Shown in pieces: positions 59,874 to 64,000 of a stretch of DNA of 64,000 nucleotides. Numbering within the stretch: the stretch's first letter is position 1; each line of letters begins with the position of its first letter. Under the pieces are notes generated by a model. That model worked only from the letters and a program-made list of their open reading frames with translations, did not search any database and was not told where the DNA came from. The position numbers were made by a program, and so were the translations under genes. This DNA is from Candidatus Fimenecus sp. (GTDB lineage: Bacteria > Bacillota > Clostridia > Oscillospirales > Acutalibacteraceae): positions 135,718-199,717 of the forward strand of contig DAVZHW010000001.1 in the NCBI GenBank assembly GCA_052273625.1, in the 5' to 3' direction.

Positions 59874-60431
59874 ATGAACACGGAAGAGAATAAAAAGGAT
59901 AATAAAAACGCCGGAAAGGCGGATATGTTTGAGAATAACCCGAACACATTTATCGAAGGCGAGAAAATGAACCGAGATTACCTTGTTAGTCTTTATAATG
60001 AGGATATGAGTTTTCTCAATAAAGAAATCAGAATGACTCGCTCGGGATATATAAAAATGTATTCCGATATCGAAAGCTCTTATCAAAACAGAAAAAAGGA
60101 AACGACAAAGCAGCTGATACCGATGATTGTAATGTATGTTATTGCGATTGCGCTTGCGATTTTTTTGCGGCTGGTGTCAAAGGAGTTCTTTGCTCTTATG
60201 GATTTGTGGATGTTTGGAAATCCGAGGAGGGTTGCGGCTTATATAGGCGGAATATTTTTGGGCTTTTCGAGAGTGATATTCCTCTCAACAAGCACGATTC
60301 TTATAACTTATGTTGTGAAAATGATAAAAACATTAAAACGACTTGATAAATACAGAGAAAACGCATTAACTAAGCTTGAAGATAATAAGGCAGAATGTAT
60401 GTCGGCAGGACAGTATGACGCAGGAAAATAA
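59874..60431 (+). CDS. membrane protein, tandem paralog B (unknown family)
   Basis: Same architecture as A. NRDYLVSLYNEDMSFLNKEIRMTRSGYI and KAECMSAGQYDA. 12 nt after A. Confidence 0.55.
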   Translation: MNTEENKKDNKNAGKADMFENNPNTFIEGEKMNRDYLVSLYNEDMSFLNKEIRMTRSGYIKMYSDIESSYQNRKKETTKQLIPMIVMYVIAIALAIFLRLVSKEFFALMDLWMFGNPRRVAAYIGGIFLGFSRVIFLSTSTILITYVVKMIKTLKRLDKYRENALTKLEDNKAECMSAGQYDAGK

Positions 60432-60478
60432 ATATGTGAGCTTTAATAAATATACAAAGTGTTTATCAAAACTATAAG

Positions 60479-60507
60479 TTGACACAAACGGAAAATTAAA
60501 GTAATAT
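60479..60507 (+). promoter_or_regulatory. sigma-A type promoter TTGACA-17 nt-TAATAT
   Basis: TTGACA 60479-60484, TAATAT 60502-60507. Roughly 165-nt leader before 60681. Confidence 0.55.
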
Positions 60508-60680
60508 AAAAACATAGTATATATGCAAAAGAATGGGGGAGATTCCAATGAACAGGTAATCGAAAACAGAACAAACAATGTCTTATAAAAGGAGAATATT
60601 AGTATTTTATGGTTGGGATTATTTTACTGTCACAAGTTCAGGTACAGGCGCTATTGTGCCCATGAGTTAGGAGGGTTATT

Positions 60681-61145
60681 ATGAAAACACAAAAACGGAC
60701 CTTATGGGTTTTGCTTGCACTTATGCAGGCGGCGGTATTGATATTGCTGATTTTGCAAATTGTTGAGCTTGCACCGAGAAGATGGAAGCTTAATGAGAAC
60801 GTGAGCATTACCACAATTTCGGAGAACGGTCAAATGACAGGTGCTCCGTTGAAATTTTACGAAAGCGCTTTTGAGCACGATTACGGAAAGAGCCACGCAG
60901 ACGGCGCAAGATATGTCAACGAGTACACTCTTTCATCGCAGACGGAATGGATTTCCGAACAGTATGTAAGAAGCAACGGCTTTGTATCCGATATGAAAGC
61001 GGAAAAGCTTTGCTCGTCGGCAAATGACTTTGCTTATACCCTCTCGGGTGCTGAAAACAACAGTAAATGGCAGGTGTGGATAAGCTTCGGAGCAGATGAA
61101 GTGCCATATATTGCCGTTGTTGAAACGGGAGGCGAAACGAAATGA
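60681..61145 (+). CDS. signal-anchored small protein, function unknown
   Basis: RBS AGGAGGG. N-terminal TM (LWVLLALMQAAVLILLILQIV), then about 120 aa predicted to be extracytoplasmic. Confidence 0.5.
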   Translation: MKTQKRTLWVLLALMQAAVLILLILQIVELAPRRWKLNENVSITTISENGQMTGAPLKFYESAFEHDYGKSHADGARYVNEYTLSSQTEWISEQYVRSNGFVSDMKAEKLCSSANDFAYTLSGAENNSKWQVWISFGADEVPYIAVVETGGETK

Positions 61146-61576
61146 AAAAATTAAAAATTTTTGCGGTAATAATATTTATTCAGCTCGCAGCGGTGCTTGC
61201 ATTGACGGCTTATAACAATTCTTCGCTTTCAAAGGCGGTCGTGTGGAACATAACCGAATATAAGCTGACGGCAGTTAAGCTGCACGGTGCGGACGACGAA
61301 CAGCTGAAAAAGCTCAACAGTGAAATCAAGGCAAAGCTTGACGGCTTTACGACAGATGAAAAAGCGCCTGCGTACAGCACATATACGGTGTTGAGCGACA
61401 GCAAGAATATGTCGGTGGTCGAAATAACGACCGATTTAAGAGCGTACAACGAAGCGGAAAACAGCTTTGCGACCGTCGGTCAGGTTAAAAGCCGCCTGTT
61501 TGTGTTTGTGGATAACGGCGAGGTCAAAACCGATTGGCAGGAACAGAGCCCTTTGGGCAAGATGAAAATTGAATAA
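61142..61576 (+). CDS. signal-anchored small protein, function unknown
   Basis: ATGA overlap with the previous ORF. N-terminal TM (IFAVIIFIQLAAVLALTAY). Confidence 0.5.
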   Translation: MKKLKIFAVIIFIQLAAVLALTAYNNSSLSKAVVWNITEYKLTAVKLHGADDEQLKKLNSEIKAKLDGFTTDEKAPAYSTYTVLSDSKNMSVVEITTDLRAYNEAENSFATVGQVKSRLFVFVDNGEVKTDWQEQSPLGKMKIE

Positions 61577-61757
61577 TGAATAATTACGGGTGATTCGTAC
61601 GGATTAAAGTGTGCGTGAATAAGAATTAACTAATGATAAAATTCAAAATGATGAGATATGCTCTGATATGATGAAATTTTCAAGAGGGTGGGAATAAAGA
61701 CTTTAATAAGAACAGAAAGTCGAAAAGGGGGAGATGACTTTTAAGTGATTTAAAAAT

Positions 61758-62171
61758 TTGCACATTTTCAGAATAAAAACATATATCAAAAGGAAACAAT
61801 TTAAAAGGAGAGTTATAATAAGGAAAAAAATAATTTGTATATTTTTAGTTTTGATTATTATAAGTACTTGTACTTTTAGTACAGCGGCGGCAGGTAGAAA
61901 GTCTGATACTGCTGAAAAGGATATAATAAAAATTGACGGAATGGATTATCAATATGTAGATGAAACTATTAACGGAGAAACATTTACTCATATAATAAAT
62001 TTAACTTTAAATACCGAAGATATTCTCTATTATAATCAAATTTCTGGAACGGTATTTTTAAATGATGAACCTATAGCGCAAATTGAAAATGCTGTTTCGT
62101 TGAATAATTCTTGCAATAGAAATGTTATAGCTCCCATGTCCAAAATAATGGCTCTGTACAAGCGCGCTTAG
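61758..62171 (+). CDS. small secreted/anchored hypothetical protein in AT-rich islet (start uncertain)
   Basis: The only in-frame canonical start is TTG 61758. AAGGAG at about 61805 lies just upstream of the hydrophobic segment IICIFLVLIIISTCTF. Possibly degraded at the 3' end. Confidence 0.3.
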   Translation: MHIFRIKTYIKRKQFKRRVIIRKKIICIFLVLIIISTCTFSTAAAGRKSDTAEKDIIKIDGMDYQYVDETINGETFTHIINLTLNTEDILYYNQISGTVFLNDEPIAQIENAVSLNNSCNRNVIAPMSKIMALYKRA

Positions 62172-62253
62172 ATTGGACATTTCGACCGAGCACTGGGGAT
62201 GTGTATGGCCCATATAGTAAATATACCCTTTAAATAAATATATAGAGGCACAG

Positions 62254-62466
62254 ATGAATATGAATAAAAAACGGTTCTATACAATCACTACTATTTGTTT
62301 GATTTTAATATTAGTCATTTCAGAAATAGTAATATATAGTTTTGCTAAAGCATGTTCATTGATTGGTAGCTCAAAAATAACAATAATTATGGTCGCAATA
62401 CCAATAATTATTGTTGCATTATCTTTCTTGAGAGATTTTATAATTAACAAGTTGAAAATGAAGTGA
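62254..62466 (+). CDS. 70-aa two-TM membrane peptide, function unknown
   Basis: Two hydrophobic helices (ITTICLILILVISEIVIYSF, ITIIMVAIPIIIVALSF). AT-rich codon usage unlike the neighbours. Confidence 0.4.
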   Translation: MNMNKKRFYTITTICLILILVISEIVIYSFAKACSLIGSSKITIIMVAIPIIIVALSFLRDFIINKLKMK

Positions 62467-62692
62467 TTAATAATTGCAAAGACAAATGTAAACTAATAGC
62501 ATTTTATGAGCTAAATAACTATCCGTTGAACAATTCAAGCGATGAAGATGACACAGATAGTCTGCTTAAAACAAAGGTGTAAGTTTTATATGTTTGTTAA
62601 ACACAGTGACTGATTAAAGAATAAATTAAATTTAACTTACCATAAAGTGTTATGTGGTCGATGTGCTTGATTTGAAAAATACTAAGGACAAG

Positions 62693-62725
62693 AAAAGGAC
62701 CTATCCGCAAGGATAGGTCCTTTTT
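62693..62725. terminator. bidirectional intrinsic terminator
   Basis: 14-bp stem AAAAGGACCTATCC/GGATAGGTCCTTTT with GCAA loop. Confidence 0.85.
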
Positions 62726-62736
62726 GTAGGTATAAG

Positions 62737-63546
62737 TTATTTTGCAAGGGCGCCGACTGCGAGCATAAAGCCGCCGAACTGACCGCCGAACTCGGGAGCA
62801 CCGTCCATGATGATATGTCCCTGCTTAACCGCTGTGAGCATATCGTCAATTCCGAGAAGTGTGCCGAGAGCCGCATCAAGTGTGTCAAAGCGAAGCGTGA
62901 AGAACGGCATTGCACGTTTATATTCGCCTCTGCCTGCTCTTGACTTGCCGGCTTTAATTCTGATGAATGCCGAAACCTCGGGATGACCGTCAACTGCAAG
63001 TGCATAAACACGGTCGGGAGATTTGAGCGCCCAGTCGTGAATTTCGTCGTGTCCCATCTTGTTAAGCTGGCTGATACCGCTTGAAAGAAGATAGAACATA
63101 CATTTAACCATAAGCTGTTTGTCCTCTTCCTTTTCGGGAGGCGTTGTTGCCGAAAGCACGCCGGACATTTTAAGAAGCGTCATCAAGAACGCCTTGAAAG
63201 CGCCGAAATGCTTTGCGATACCTCTCATTTTCGGGAGAGTAGCGGGCGAAATCTTGCCCTTGAAAAATGCATTCATTGCTTCAACGGACTTGAACTCAAG
63301 CTCAACATGCGGCTTGGGATCAACTTTATTAAGATGAATAAGCCAATCATCAGATCCGTTTACAACATAATGCATTCCGATTTTTCCGCCTTCAGCCTCC
63401 GGGTCAAGTGCGCTGACCTGAATAACAGCGTGCACCTTTTCGAACTGCTTTTTAAGCGACGGAACATCCTGCGCAATTACCTTTACAAGAGGCAATGCGG
63501 CATTGAAAAATATTTTATTGGCATAAAGCTCTTCTTTTGTATGCAT
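62737..63546 (-). CDS. hypothetical protein, possibly tandem SCP2-like domains
   Basis: 269 aa. Two segments (HVELEFKSVEAMNAFFKGKIS..., FTLRFDTLDAALGTLLGIDDMLTAVKQGHIIMDG) resemble the C-terminal pattern of SCP2 sterol-carrier-like domains. Tentative. Confidence 0.35.
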   Translation of the reverse strand: MHTKEELYANKIFFNAALPLVKVIAQDVPSLKKQFEKVHAVIQVSALDPEAEGGKIGMHYVVNGSDDWLIHLNKVDPKPHVELEFKSVEAMNAFFKGKISPATLPKMRGIAKHFGAFKAFLMTLLKMSGVLSATTPPEKEEDKQLMVKCMFYLLSSGISQLNKMGHDEIHDWALKSPDRVYALAVDGHPEVSAFIRIKAGKSRAGRGEYKRAMPFFTLRFDTLDAALGTLLGIDDMLTAVKQGHIIMDGAPEFGGQFGGFMLAVGALAK

Positions 63547-63592
63547 TTAATCAACTCACTTTCCGATATATAATCAATCTCAAATGTATTTC

Positions 63593-64000
63593 TTATACAT
63601 CGTCGTCCCAGTTGTCGTCCTCTTCGAAGTCAGCCTTCATAACCTCACGAACAGCAGCGATAATGCCGTTTGCGTCAATGCCGACAGCGGACATAATGTC
63701 CTCGTGGAGACCGATGGGAGCGAATTTATCCTGATGGCCGAGTCTCTTGAATGCACAGCCCTTACCTGCTTCAGCCATAACCTCAGCAACAGCCGAGCCG
63801 AGACCGCCGATAACCGAGTGATCCTCAACAGTGATGATTCTTCTTGTATCCATAACAGCCTTGAGAATAGCGTCTCTGTCGATAGGCTTAATTGTGTGCA
63901 TATTGAGTACACGAACCTTCAAGCCCTCGGCGTTCTCAAGGAATTCAGCAGCCTGCTTAGCCTGGAATACGCAAGAGCCGCAAGCGATAACCGTAATATC
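63593..64000 (-). CDS. transketolase, C-terminal (pyrimidine-binding/C-terminal domain) subunit, 5' part outside window
   Basis: MHTIKPIDRDAILKAVMDTRRIITVEDHSVIGGLGSAVAEVMAE. The frame stays open to the window edge. Confidence 0.85.
   Translation of the reverse strand, partial: DITVIACGSCVFQAKQAAEFLENAEGLKVRVLNMHTIKPIDRDAILKAVMDTRRIITVEDHSVIGGLGSAVAEVMAEAGKGCAFKRLGHQDKFAPIGLHEDIMSAVGIDANGIIAAVREVMKADFEEDDNWDDDV

Noticed and set aside
1-64000. tRNA, rRNA, tmRNA, integrase/transposase or prophage genes, and CRISPR arrays.
   Set aside because: Inspection of all intergenic gaps longer than about 60 nt showed only promoters, terminators, one riboswitch and the leaders described above. No cloverleaf-like or rRNA-like sequence and no mobile-element enzymes were recognised.

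Overview
All calls were made by eye from the sequence and ORF track; no searches were run. The window looks like a chromosomal core segment of a Firmicutes/Clostridia-type genome. It has Gram-positive RBSs, many near-consensus sigma-A promoters, a map-KOW-infA-rpmJ gene order and a YtvI homologue. About half of it is housekeeping. A complete S10-spc-alpha ribosomal protein supercluster runs from rpsJ to rplQ (30190-45712) and includes secY, adk, map, infA, rpmJ and rpoA. There are five aminoacyl-tRNA synthetase genes (proS, aspS, ileS, gltX, glnS) and an aspS-gatCAB operon. Other core genes are proBA, rpe, hom-lysC, fba and murA. A yybP-ykoY (Mn2+) riboswitch precedes a P-type ATPase. I found no rRNA, tRNA, CRISPR array, integrase or transposase. 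The best candidate for something undescribed is at 8954-12916. It is a tightly coupled operon of RnfD-, RnfE- and RnfA-like membrane proteins with no RnfC/G/B. All four canonical Fe-S cysteine positions appear substituted, the products carry long charged tails, and the last gene encodes a DUF4015-like protein. Secondary candidates: (1) a DUF559 endonuclease-like gene bracketed by nested inverted repeats (15793-16241); (2) a run of uncharacterised small membrane proteins including a tandem paralog pair (58542-61576); (3) a visibly AT-rich islet (about 61600-62690); (4) a minus-strand operon of Cys-rich and oxidoreductase genes (49086-52517).
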